Notes under the pieces: model-generated
Databases searched by the model: none
What the model saw: the letters and a program-made list of their open reading frames with translations, nothing else
What the model was told of the DNA's origin: nothing
Shown here: positions 1 through 11,619 of the stretch, one piece after another
Layout of the letters: each line of letters starts with the position of its first letter
Numbering within the stretch: position 1 is the first letter of the stretch
Assembly (NCBI GenBank): GCA_951406725.2
Contig: OX597817.1
Span: forward strand, 121,210,001-121,274,000
Length of the DNA: 64,000 nt
Direction of reading: 5' to 3'
From: Octopus vulgaris
Taxonomy: Eukaryota
Position numbers and translations under genes: made by a program

Positions 1-491
1 ATCAAGTATATCCTTTTTATTAATTTTTTTATGGTTTTTACACTAGAATTACTCTTGAAGTTGTTAAGGGGCATCCAGCTTTAATTAGGAGACAGAGAAG
101 TTGTATTGGCTAATAAATGTTATCCCCATAATGATATCAGACACCAGGAAAATTGAGATAGCTGGTACCATACTGAAGGAATATGAGATGGAATTAAGAA
201 GACACTTAACCAAGACTAATAAGTGTGTTTATATCTCAAACTTGCAGTAGAAGAAAATGATATTTCCAGAAATGAACATAGACTTTCACACTGTTATACA
301 TACAAGTGAGTAGTGATAATAAAAATTGTTATAATGTAGCCAATAGCATTAGTTTTGCCAGTGTTGCACACCAAAGGGGGCATTGGATATGAGCCTGTTC
401 CAGAGAAGAGATATGGGAGAGATATATGAAAAATGTCTGTGCCTCCTCGCCTTCTGATTACACTGAGGAACTTTCAAGGAGCATTGACATA

Positions 492-650
492 AGGTGGTGA
501 GCTGTCAGAATCATTATGCCAGGCAAAATGCTTAATGGCATTTCATTGTTTTTTATGTTCTGAGTTCAAATTCTGCCAAGGTTGATTTTACCTTTCATCC
601 TTTTAGGGTTGATGAAATAACTACCATTTGAGCACTGGGTTAATAGAACT
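492..650 (+). mobile_element. SINE family C, degenerate copy
   Basis: Matches the better copies at 51591 and 58744 (gagctggcagaa...gttcaaattc...cctttcatcc). Confidence 0.7.
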
Positions 651-672
651 TAGTTTCAGGTTTTGTGCCTAT

Positions 673-1008
673 TCTTATTCTTTTACTTGTTTCAGTCATT
701 TGACTGTGGTCATGATGGAGCACTGCCTTTAGTCAAGCAAATTGACTTATTCTTTGTAAGCGTAGTTCTATCGGTCGCTTTTGCTGAACCGCTAAGTTAT
801 GGGGATGCAAACACACCAGCATCGGTTGTCATGTGATGTTGAGGGCACAAACACAGACACACACATATATATATGTACATATATATGACGGGTTTCTTTC
901 AGTTTCCATCTACCAAATCCACTCACAAGGCTATAGTAGAAGACACTTCTGAACCCAGAACCATGTGGTTGGTAAGCAAGCTACTTACCACACAGCCACT
1001 CCTGCACC
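673..1008 (-). mobile_element. tRNA-derived SINE family A, internally deleted
   Basis: Reverse complement of the 2457-2890 unit. Confidence 0.85.
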
Positions 1009-1443
1009 TGTGAATTATGTTCAAATTCTGCCAAGGTGATCTTTGCATTTTATCTTTTAGGGTTTAGCAAAATGTGTATTGGTTAAGTACTGGAGTTATT
1101 ATAATCAACTATTTACTTCCTCTAGATATCTGGATTTGTGCTTGTCTTAGAAATCTTTATCATTAAAGAGAGAGAGAGAGAGAGAGACAGGTACTTAGAC
1201 AGAAAAAGAGAAAGAGAGAGTGAGAGAGAGAGAAAGGAAAGGGTGGCAAAAATATGATGGATAGAAAATTTTGAAAAGAAAATAAACAATGTAAATATAA
1301 AAATCTATTGGTTAAATATATAATGTTTTTTTCTTTTTTCCTTTCCTGACTGCTACTGTTTCATTTGGTCAATTTTACAATGACCTTTTTCATCATCATC
1401 ATCGTCATTGTTGCCATCAGCATCATTGTTATTGCTGTTACTA

Positions 1444-1500
<57 letters not shown>
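1444..1500. repeat. (ATT)n microsatellite
   Basis: Seen directly; it produces the poly-Ile ORF 1365-1562. Confidence 0.95.
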
Positions 1501-1502
<2 letters not shown>

Positions 1503-2198
1503 ATCTCTTTTGTTTGTATTTTTAATCATAACAATACATTAGATATCATAAATTTGTGTTGACCTCTTTGCTGATGACCTTTCTGAGGTTAATATTAGTG
1601 TAAAGTAAAAGAATTAAAGAGGGTCATGATTTCTATGTGTCTGTACATGCCTGTATGTATGGAAGTGTACGTATTTGTATACATGTATATATGTATTATA
1701 TATATGCTTGAGTGTATAAATATATATATATATATTCATATATATGTCTATATATGTATATATATATAAACATAGACATGTATATGTGAATCTATTATCT
1801 TTACAATAACACAGACACCAATGTTTTTGAATACCATTGAACTCATATATATACACACCCACATAAACCCATACAAGCATAAATATATATTCAGTTTAAA
1901 CGAAGTAACCACACAACACACATATAGATGTATATAAATCCATACACACATGTGTGTATATATATATATATATATAATTTAAATATAGGATAAAATCTTT
2001 ATAAGAATCTATCAAATAGTTAGCGTGAAAAACTTCATAAGGGAAAAATTTATTAATAATTCCCTATAAATATACTTATTTATATTAAGGGCATTACTAT
2101 ACATAAATGCCTCATGCTGGGAGGGACTCTTAAAGTCAAAACTACTATAATAACTACATTGTACGGAACACGAGGGAATGCAACTCTCTCTATATATA

Positions 2199-2400
2199 TA
2201 GGTGCAGGAGTGGCTATAGGTGCTGGGGTGGCTATAGGCACAGGAGTGGGTGTGTGGTAAGTAGCTTGCTTACCAGCCACATGATTCTGGGTCCATTTCC
2301 ACTGTGTGGCACCTTGGGCAAGTGTCTTCTACTATAGACTTTGGCCAACCAAAGCCTTGTGAGTGGATTTGGTAGACAGAAACAGAATGAAGCCTGTTGT
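2199..2400 (+). mobile_element. SINE A 5' module with a triplicated 18-nt start
   Basis: Three ataggtgcaggagtggct-like units, then the SINE A head ending in (TA)n. Confidence 0.85.
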
Positions 2401-2401
2401 A

Positions 2402-2447
<46 letters not shown>

Positions 2448-2456
2448 ACCGATGCT

Positions 2457-2629
2457 GGCGCAGGAGTGGCTGTGTGGTAAGTAGCTTGTTTACCAACCAC
2501 ATGGTTCTGGGCTCAGTCCCACTGCGTGGCACCTTAGGCAAGTGTCTTCTACTATAGCCTCGGCCCGACCAAAGCCTTGTGAGTGGATTTGGTAGACGGA
2601 AACTGAAAGAAGCCCGTCGTATATATGTT

Positions 2630-2680
<51 letters not shown>

Positions 2681-2890
2681 ATGTATGTGTGTCTGTGTTC
2701 ATCCCCCTAGCATTGCTTGACAATCGGTGCTGGTGTGTTTATGTCCCCGTCACTTAGTGGCTCGGCAAAAAGAGACCGATAGAATAAGTACTAGGCTTAC
2801 AAAGAATAAGTCCCGGGGTCAAGTTGCTCGATTAAAGGCGGTGCTCCAGCATGGCCGCAGTCAAATGGCTGAAACAAGTAAAAGAGTAAA
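2457..2890 (+). mobile_element. tRNA-derived SINE family A, full length
   Basis: A/B-box-like head (ggagtggctgtgtgg...gggctcagtccc), internal (TA)n(TG)n, 3' module ending gaaacaagtaaaagagtaaaaga. About 20 copies or fragments occur in the window. Confidence 0.9.
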
Positions 2891-2946
2891 AGAGAGAGAT
2901 ATGTATGTATGTGTGGGTATATGTTTGTACATCTGTGTTTGTCCCC

Positions 2947-3572
2947 TCAGAGGCCTACACAAAGTTGCAGAAAGTGTATGGAGAGGAGTGAAATAGGCAT
3001 TCACAAGTGTACAAGTGCTCTGATGTTTCCAACATGGCTGAAACAATGTCAATATTAATGAACGTTCTGGGAGACTCACAACCAGCAGAACTGAGAAATA
3101 CATCGCAGATGTGCGTGCAGCTGTGAGGAGAAATAATCAAATCACCATCCGTTAGTTATCAGAAGATGTGCAGATTAGATATGGTTCAGTTCAGTCAACT
3201 ATCACTGAAGATTTTGGTATGAGACGCGTGTCTGCCAAGTTTGTGCCAAAACAGCTTTCAGCTGACCAAAAAGACACAGATCTCCTTGATTGCGTTGAAA
3301 ACAATGAAAACTTTTTGAAAACTTCGTGTAAGTCTCTCAGCAGGCATCACTAAGCTTTTGGCAAACTTTCTGTCATTGTCAATGCGACAATCACACGCTA
3401 CACACCTGCCTTCCAGGCACTGCTTTAAACAACAGAGGTGAGCTAGAACATTAAAACAGTATGCATGCACAGCATAGCTGAAGGTCAATCTGTGTCATGC
3501 AGCTTCAATCTCCATGTTTTAGCTTCATTACTATAAGCAATAGTTCAGATATATATTGATCAGACCACGTGT
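2947..3572 (+). mobile_element. Defective mariner element: transposase N-terminus plus an inverted copy of its 5' end
   Basis: Broken frame EAYTKLQKVYGEE...RSGRLTTS...YGSVQSTITEDFGMRRVSAKFVPKQL (HTH and WVPHEL-like motif). 3311-3572 is the element 5' end on the minus strand, ending at TA. Confidence 0.85.
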
Positions 3573-3575
3573 ATA

Positions 3576-3651
<76 letters not shown>

Positions 3652-3654
3652 ATA

Positions 3655-4037
3655 TAATAAATTAATAAATAAATAAAACATATGCATATATACATACATA
3701 TATGTACGTACCTACCTCTACATGTATATATACATGCATATATGGGTACAGGACAAAAAAAACGTCGAACACAATGAGAAATGAAAACATAAACACAAAA
3801 CCAAGGAAATGGACATTTTTCTTAAACAACGAAAAAATAGAGTACAGGACATACAAAACAAGGAAAATTCCCCTTCTTCAGTCTCCTTTGTTTCATCTAA
3901 CTCCACGTTTCGAAGGTCAAGGCGATACATGACTTTAATGAAACTTTCCTTCCTGCGAAAATCAAATTAAATAAAATTTGTGATTTTTTTTGCGGAGGGG
4001 TAAAAATGGTAAGAAAAACAGGACAGTAACGACAGTA

Positions 4038-4040
<3 letters not shown>
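3655..4040 (-). mobile_element. Dispersed repeat (probable Penelope-like tail), single arm
   Basis: Near-identical to the left arm and spacer of the 54574-54994 palindrome; the minus strand carries GAAACGT and CTGAAGA motifs. Confidence 0.65.
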
Positions 4041-4082
<42 letters not shown>

Positions 4083-4133
4083 TATATATTTGCTTTGCAA
4101 GATTCTTGATGTGAAATCGTGTGTTGAAACAGA

Positions 4134-4309
4134 TGTTGTTGTATTTAGGAATGGTCATTTTGCCAGTGTGATGAAAGAACTCTGGCCGAAATAAGAGTAA
4201 GATTAAAGTAAAAAATAAATAAATCTGAAGCAAATTAACACCAAATATATAGTGCGTGTGTTTTTATTGGCTAAACTGGCAAAATGACCATTCCTAAATG
4301 CAACAACAT
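4134..4309. repeat. 35-bp inverted repeat
   Basis: atgttgttgtatttaggaatggtcattttgccagt / actggcaaaatgaccattcctaaatgcaacaacat, one mismatch. Confidence 0.9.
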
Positions 4310-4777
4310 ATATATATTTATATATATATATACACATACACATATACACACACATATACATGATTGATTGTGGCTTTTAGTCAATGCAAAGGGCACTCAA
4401 CTTTATGAATATTGTGAGAACATATGGTACACTTTAAATGACAATCATACTAACAAAAAGTAAAACAGTCTCAACTCTAAGTTTCATGTAATGGTGAACT
4501 CAACACCCATTAAAGTTAGTACTGTGATCCATAACAAGCCAATCTGATGAGGACCCCATCTAAACAGGATCATCAGTACATGAAATTTCAAGTCACTGCT
4601 ATTGTTTGCTAGTATAAAATTGTGGTGGCTGACATAAATTGCATTTATTTGTAAAGTGGAAAGTTTAAGCTTGCATGTCACAAAGAGTCGAATCTCAAGG
4701 TGAAGGTCTATTTTTCTTAACCTTTTCCTCAGAGTTTGGAAAACCAGGGGAGAATCAGAAATAATAAGGTGTTTGTT

Positions 4778-5162
4778 GTTGTACATGTGAGTAAGTACTG
4801 AATCAGACAGAGGGGAGGGAAAAAGAGGGGGAGAACGGAGAGAGGGGGAGAGAGAGAGCACAAAAGGATTTGAGGAGGGGAAATGTCGTGAAAGATTAAG
4901 ATATTGGAGGAAAGGGTTCAAATGAAAGAAATGATCAGTTTAACCCTTTTTATAACACCCAGCCTGGCTGTTGTACATGCAAGTAAGTACTGAATCAGAG
5001 AGAGAGGAGGGAGAAGAGGGGGAGAAGGGAGAGAGGGTGGGAGAGAGAGAGAGCGCAAAAGGATTTGTGGAGGTGAAAGATGGTGAAAGATTAAGATATT
5101 GGAGGAAAGGGTGCAAATGAAAGAAATGGTCAGTTTAACCCTGTTGATAACACTCAGCTTGA
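4778..5162. repeat. ~190-bp tandem duplication
   Basis: Two diverged units, each starting gttgtacatg and ending tttaaccct...ataacac. Confidence 0.9.
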
Positions 5163-5367
5163 GAGTGCTCCTGGTTCTACAAGACAGACAACTTCCTCTT
5201 TGGAAGCGATTTAAATGAAAATCTTTCATCAAAATTTCATGTTAATTTATGAAGCAAATAACTGATTAACAATGATGAAGTTATTTCACTGGATGCTTTA
5301 TTATTTTCGAACTTAATTGAAACAAAAGCAGTTTATTTGAACAGAAACGAGATAACAGAAGGGTTAA
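5135..5367 (-). mobile_element. piggyBac-type MITE
   Basis: TTAA-ccct ... aggg-TTAA ends; homologous to 39371-39602 and 6410-7035. Confidence 0.75.
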
Positions 5368-5924
5368 AGGAGTTTCCGTTTCTTTTTCCTATTTGTTGGA
5401 CAGGTCAGTGACCACAATAAAAATCTTGTCATCATCATTATGGTTTGCTCTTGTTAAACCTCCCCTGTGAATCATCTCTTACTTGGCTGACAACACTAAA
5501 AGTCATCAATAAATATATATATATAGGAAGAAACAGAATTCAGTAATGCTGATTCTGTATATTGATAATATGATTGAGAAAAAATAGCTCACGGGAGCAT
5601 TCTTTATACTAAATATAAATACAGTATGGTCTCATATATATAATACGGTGAATTGGCAAGTTTTAATCAGTTGATGATATCCTAGCAATTAGTAGACAAA
5701 ACCTTCCCCTATGGGTGTTCAACCTCAAAAAACAAATAAAGGCAATAATTCCATTAAGATCAGTTGACTGAAAGTTTTAGATAATATACACACAAGACTT
5801 ATGGATGATAATCAATTTCTTTGACGTGGCACCAGATTTTTAGGTAACTGTTAATTCATCTGTTTACTATACTGACACAATTGAATCTAAGGATGACTGT
5901 TTCAGCTCATTTATCTTCTATCTT

Positions 5925-6315
5925 TTATATTTTACTTGTTTCAGTCATTAGACTGCAGCCATGCAAGGGCACTGCTTTGCAGAGTTTAGTCGAACTAATT
6001 GACCCCAGCACCGTTTATTTTTTAAAGCTTGGGACTTATTTTTTTGGTCTGTTATGCTAAAATGCAAAGTTAGATGGATGTAATCAAGCCAATACCAGTT
6101 GTCAAGTTATGTTGGTGGACATACACAAATACATGCACATGAACATGCGCATGCACACACACGCATACACACAAACATGATGGGCTCCTTTCAGTTTCTC
6201 ACATCCACTCACAGAGCTCTGTTCTGCCTGGGGCTTTAGTAGAAGACACTCACTGAAGGTGCCAGATGGTGGGACTGAACTTGAGACGTTGTAGTTGAAG
6301 AGTTTGCATCTCAAC
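5925..6315 (-). mobile_element. SINE A, diverged
   Basis: Similar to the reverse complement of SINE A. Confidence 0.75.
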
Positions 6316-6409
6316 TTCTGACAACATTACATCTCCAGATGACAATCATCTCATCTGCTGCTGCATAAGAGCTAACTCTCCCATGTCAGCATATTGTCGA
6401 CAATGTTAA

Positions 6410-6656
6410 TAACCACTTCATTACTGTATTACTACTGAAATACACTCTGCTTTTGTTTCAATTAATTTTGAAGATGAGGAATTTTTTAGAATATCCGTAG
6501 GAGTGGCTGTGTGGTAAGTAACTTGCTTACAAACCACATGGTTCCAGGTCCAGTTCCACTGCATGGCACCTTGGGCAAGTGTCTTCTGCTGTAGCTTTGG
6601 GCCTAGCCAAAGCCTTGTGAGTGGATTTGGTAGACGGAAACTGAAAGAAGCTTGTC

Positions 6657-6704
<48 letters not shown>

Positions 6705-7035
6705 ATGTATGTGTGTGTATATGTTTGTGTGTCTGTGTTTGTTCCCGTAACTTAGTGGTTCAGCAAAAGAGACCGATAGAATAAGTACTAGGCTTACAAA
6801 GAATAAGTCCTGGGGTCGATTTGCTCAACTAAAGGCGGTGCCCCAGCATGGCTGCAGTCAAATGACTGAAACCAGTAAAAGAGTAAAAAGAGTAAAATAG
6901 TATTAATTAGTTGGTTGTTTAGAACATAAATTAACATGAAATTTTAACTGAATGTTTTAATTCAGATAATTTAAAGCCAGATTGTTTGTATCATAGCTTC
7001 AGGGGTGGTGTAAGACCGACTGGTATACTGTGAGA
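6410..7035 (+). mobile_element. piggyBac-type MITE split by a SINE A
   Basis: The halves 6410-6490 and 6900-7035 match 39371-39602. Confidence 0.65.
6497..6895 (+). mobile_element. SINE A
   Basis: Family match; nested in the MITE. Confidence 0.85.
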
Positions 7036-7344
7036 ATAATATACTGCTCTACTGATAACATAGCCTTCAGTTTAAATATTACCACACTCATTGTATTTGG
7101 AACTTGGAAATAAGAGGAAGACATATATAGGGAGATATATAAAGAGAAAAAGAGAAATAATGACTACTTATTAGAACAGTTCACTGCCAAATTACCAGGA
7201 AACAGTAACCATTAGTTTTGCACTAAATGAAGTTCATATTGTTATAGTTTCATTTATGTTCACTGTAATCACATGACACTTTTATTTGCATTGTAACCAC
7301 AGTAACCTTTCACCTTCTCACTTCTTGTGAATATATGAAATATA

Positions 7345-7798
7345 TCTTTTATCTTTTGTTTGTTTCAGTCATTAGACTGCAGCCTTGCTGGAGCCCTGTC
7401 TTGAGGAAGTTTAGTCTCGCTGATTGACCCCCAGTACTTATTTTCTTTTTAAGCCTGCTACTTATTGAATTGGTCTCTAGGTTACTGAGATGTAAACACA
7501 CCAACGCCGGTTGTCAAGTGGTGGTGGGGAGCAAACATGTATATATATATACACACACACACACTCACTCACACTCACACTCACTCCCCCACACACACAC
7601 ACTCACATACACACACACACACACACACACACTTTGGGCTTCTTTCAGTTTCTGTCTACCAAATCCCACTCTCACAAGTCTTTGGTTGGTCTGTGGCTAT
7701 AGTATAAGACACTTGCCCAAGGTGCCACACAGTGGGACTGAACCTGGGACCATGTGGTTGGGAAGCTAATTCCTTACCACTAAACCATGCCTGAGCCT
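7345..7798 (-). mobile_element. SINE A
   Basis: Family match. Confidence 0.8.
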
Positions 7799-8409
7799 AT
7801 ATATCTAATTTCATGTACATATTTTAATCCTCTTCCTTCATTCACTTTGCATCCTGTATTTCTTATCCTCTCACATTAACCATCTCTCTTAGTGATCCCT
7901 CTCTATCTTCAATATCAATGCCTTAATATCATAATATACAAAGCCTAAATAAATATTGCAAGGCATTTTTTACAATGATCCAACAATTCTTCCAGCTCAC
8001 TACCCTAATAATACCTTAGTTTCTTTATTGGCTAATGAAGGCTCTCCATAGGATTTCTTGCTAATCATAACAATATAATATATACTCAAAAGGGATTTTC
8101 AGTCCAATATTTACATGCTGTTATTTATAGCTTTATGTGCTTCGAGATTCACAGTTCAATCCTCTTTAAAGATACTAAAATTTTATGATGTCAACAACAT
8201 ACAATTCTCATGGATAAAAGAAAAATGCTCCTAAAATGTATAAAGACATGTTAAAGATTGCTTTGGTCGAATGGTAGAATACTTGCCATGTTTACAGGAG
8301 ATCTAGGTTTGGGTCTTATGGGCAGGCTTTGAATTTTTTCTATTCAAAAGAGATTTTCAACCCAATGTGTGTGTCTGAGCTTGTGGTGTGTGTGTGTGTG
8401 TGTGTGTGC

Positions 8410-8457
<48 letters not shown>

Positions 8458-8463
<6 letters not shown>

Positions 8464-8809
8464 TTAAAAACACCAATCAAGCGTGATCGTTACCTGTGGT
8501 GCTTTACTAGCACTTGTGCTGGAGGCACGTGAAAAACACATTTGAGTGAGATCGTTGCCAGTGCCACTGGACTGGCTCCTTGTGCAGGTGGCACATAAAA
8601 AGCACCATTTGAGTGTGGCCGTTGCCAGTACTACCTAACTGGCCCCCGTGCCGGTGGCATGTAAAAGCAACCATTACACTCTCAGAGTGGTTGGCGTTAG
8701 GAAGGGCATCCAGCTGCAGAAACTCTGCCAGATCAGATTGGAGTCTGGTTTGCCAGACCTCAAATAAATCGTCTAACCCATGCTAGCATGGAAAGTGGAT
8801 ATTAAATAA

Positions 8810-8810
<1 letters not shown>
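8458..8810 (+). mobile_element. Repeat family B (SINE/LINE-tail-like)
   Basis: Tandem ~65-bp subunits, then gttggcgttaggaagggcatccagc...catgctagcatggaaag and a (GAT)n-like tail; homologous to 37548-37862. Confidence 0.8.
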
Positions 8811-8849
<39 letters not shown>

Positions 8850-8866
8850 GGTTTGGAGATGATATA

Positions 8867-8915
<49 letters not shown>

Positions 8916-8929
8916 AAGTATGTATATAA

Positions 8930-9350
8930 TGATGATGATGATCATCATCATTGTTTAAGGTCCACCTTCTCGTACTGGCAGAAGTTGGCCGGTTTGACAG
9001 GAACACAGAAGACTGTACCAGACTTCTGTATCTGTTTTGGTACAGTTTTTGGCACAGTGTTAGTAATGGCTGGATGCCCTTCCTAACACCAACCACCTCG
9101 TGGAGTGGACTGAGTGCTTTTTACATAGCACCAGCCCTAATGAGGTCAGTTTTGACATGGTTTTTATGGCTGGATGCCCTTCCAAATGCCAACCTCTTTA
9201 CATTGTGAACTGAATGCTTTTTAAGTGGCACCAGCATTAGTAGGGTCACCAAGTAATTTGCAAGACAAAGATCCTTTGAAAGTGGAAGGGGCATTAGAGG
9301 AGGTGATCTTGTGCTAGATGATGAAGAGAAAGAGTGTGACAATGAGACAA
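8930..9350 (-). mobile_element. Repeat family B
   Basis: ggctggatgcccttcc core present twice; tail-to-tail with the 8458 copy. Confidence 0.75.
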
Positions 9351-10167
9351 AAACAGGCGGCAAAATTGTTAGAACGGTGAATATAATGCTCAGCAGTGTT
9401 TTGTCTCTCTTTGAGTCCTGAGTACAAATTTCAATATATATAATGATATGTGTGTATGCGTGTGTGTGTATGTGTGAATATATTATAGTTGAAGATAAAT
9501 ATCTATATGCATGTCTGCACACACATATTTACATACAAATTTCTACGTATTTTCATAACACCTAAAGTATCTAACTTGATTTGTTTTGAGATTGTTTGTG
9601 TGTATGTTTGTGTGTGTGTGTTTGTGAGTGTGCACATGTGCGTATATTATATACATTGCTCAAAGGAGAAAATGAGACAAATAAATTGAAAAAAGGAAAA
9701 AGAAAATCATATAAAGAACATCAAACAATAGAGAAATGTAAACCAAAAAGAAATGTATTAAAAGATATTTATATATAAATGTATATTCATGTGTTTGTCT
9801 TAGATATATAGACACACTTCAATAAATTTCTCGCAGGCATTAACCTTTAAAATTACTGTTTGAAAAGGCAGTAATGTTTACTGTATACAGACACGTATAT
9901 GGTTTTGTATATTTATAAACATACATATATACATACAAACACACAAATATATATACATATACATATCATACACACATATACATATATATATATGTCATAC
10001 ACACATATACATATATATCATATATACATATGTATATGTAGATATCTCATATATACATATGTATATATTATATATACACATACATATATACATATCATAA
10101 ATACACCTATATATATATATATGTGTATATATATCATATACCCACACACATACGTATATATCATATA

Positions 10168-10227
<60 letters not shown>

Positions 10228-10230
<3 letters not shown>

Positions 10231-10468
10231 GGTGTACAAGGTATTTGAGGACATATTTGGGTGGGGGTCGTTGCTGCATTTTTTGCTAAGTCTGTATAAT
10301 CTTTGTTTCAGAAAATAATAATGGCAGACCCTCAGCTTACTCAAAAAAATGAAGAGGCATGCTGTTATTGCAGTTATAAAGGCTGAGCATAGTGATTTAG
10401 AAGAATCTTGATTTTTTAAAGTTTCCAGATCTTTCGTCTACAAAGTTTGTAAGGAGTTAGAGACTGAT
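10228..10468 (+). mobile_element. Tc1/mariner 5' fragment
   Basis: TA|CAGGGTG terminus; from 10321 a frameshifted MADPQLTQ-KMKRHAVIAVIKAEHSDLEES*FFKVSRSFVYKVCKELET, an HTH-like transposase N-terminus. Confidence 0.7.
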
Positions 10469-11079
10469 GACCTTATGGATTTTGGAATCATCTGCAAAGA
10501 TTCTTATGTTAGTGTACTTGATGATGTCAGTAATGTCATTGATGTAGATGATGAAAAGAAGTGGGCCCAACACAGTACCTTGTGGAATGCTGCTACTGAC
10601 TTTGGCTGGGCTTGATTTTGCTCCTTCAGCTACATGTTGGGATCTGCCTGTCAGGTAACACTTGATCCACTGGAGTAACTTTCCACAGACACCAATGTTG
10701 GATAGTTTTTTCAAGAGGATCATATGATGCACTCTGTCAAAAGCCTTGCTGAAATCAATGTAGATGACATAAGTATTTGAGCCCCCTCCCAAAGCTCTCA
10801 AAATGTCATCAAGGTGATGCAGGAGCTGCATTTAGCAGTTCCTCCCATTACAGAACCAATGTTGGTTGGAGTTCAATAGTCCATTGCTTTCAAGACAGTG
10901 GGTTATCCGATCTCGCCACCCTCTCAAATACCTTGAGGATATGAAAGGTGATATGATATTTCCCAAGAACTTTCTGTCCTAGTCTGTTGTCCCAGTTTTC
11001 AAAAAGGGAAACAAGTACCTTGCAGTGAACTGCCAGCCAATCTCACTTACCTCTCATATCATCAAAGTATTTGAGAGGT
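10457..11079 (-). mobile_element. Non-LTR retrotransposon RT fragment (CR1/L2/Jockey-type) with an inverted 5' piece
   Basis: YIDFSKAFDRV, IPQGTVLGPLLFIIYINDI and IFADD on the minus strand; VVPVFKKGNK...QPISLTSHIIKVFER on the plus strand at 10960-11079. Confidence 0.92.
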
Positions 11080-11619
11080 ATTTCAGGATCTCATCAGACC
11101 CTGAAAGGTAGAGTGAAAGGTTTGAAAGGAATTCAAAGTGGTTTCCAGGTGTTCAAGACTCCAGTGATCATCCTAGATTATTTATATTATTAAAACGACA
11201 CCAATTACTTTCTTTATTTTTTAGTCCACATGTTTTGGAAAAGGAATTGGCACAATAATAACAGCACTATAATAATAGAAAACAATGGTATTGTATGTTC
11301 AGCAAAATCAGTTCCTTGTATTGGGTACCTCATATTGTGGGATAAGATGTTGGCAGGAACCAGTAGCTGAGTCATTGTTCTGTGGTGTTTGAACACATTA
11401 GTAGAAGCAGTATTTTTTAGGGATAACCATTTTGATGATACTGGGTTACAGTTGAAGTATCAAGGCCAACATAAGTAGGCTATAGACTTTATGAGTAGCA
11501 GCTATTAAATACCCTGCCCTTGTGGGTCTGTCAGCTAAGGAGGTATGTCTGGGTTGCCTGTGGCCAGAGGCTTGAAGTTCATTAATAGTGTGTATTTCTG
11601 ATGGCATCAATAAAATGCC

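Noticed and set aside
8258-8328. tRNA-Gly-like sequence
   Set aside because: Too degenerate for a cloverleaf; at most a SINE-head relic.
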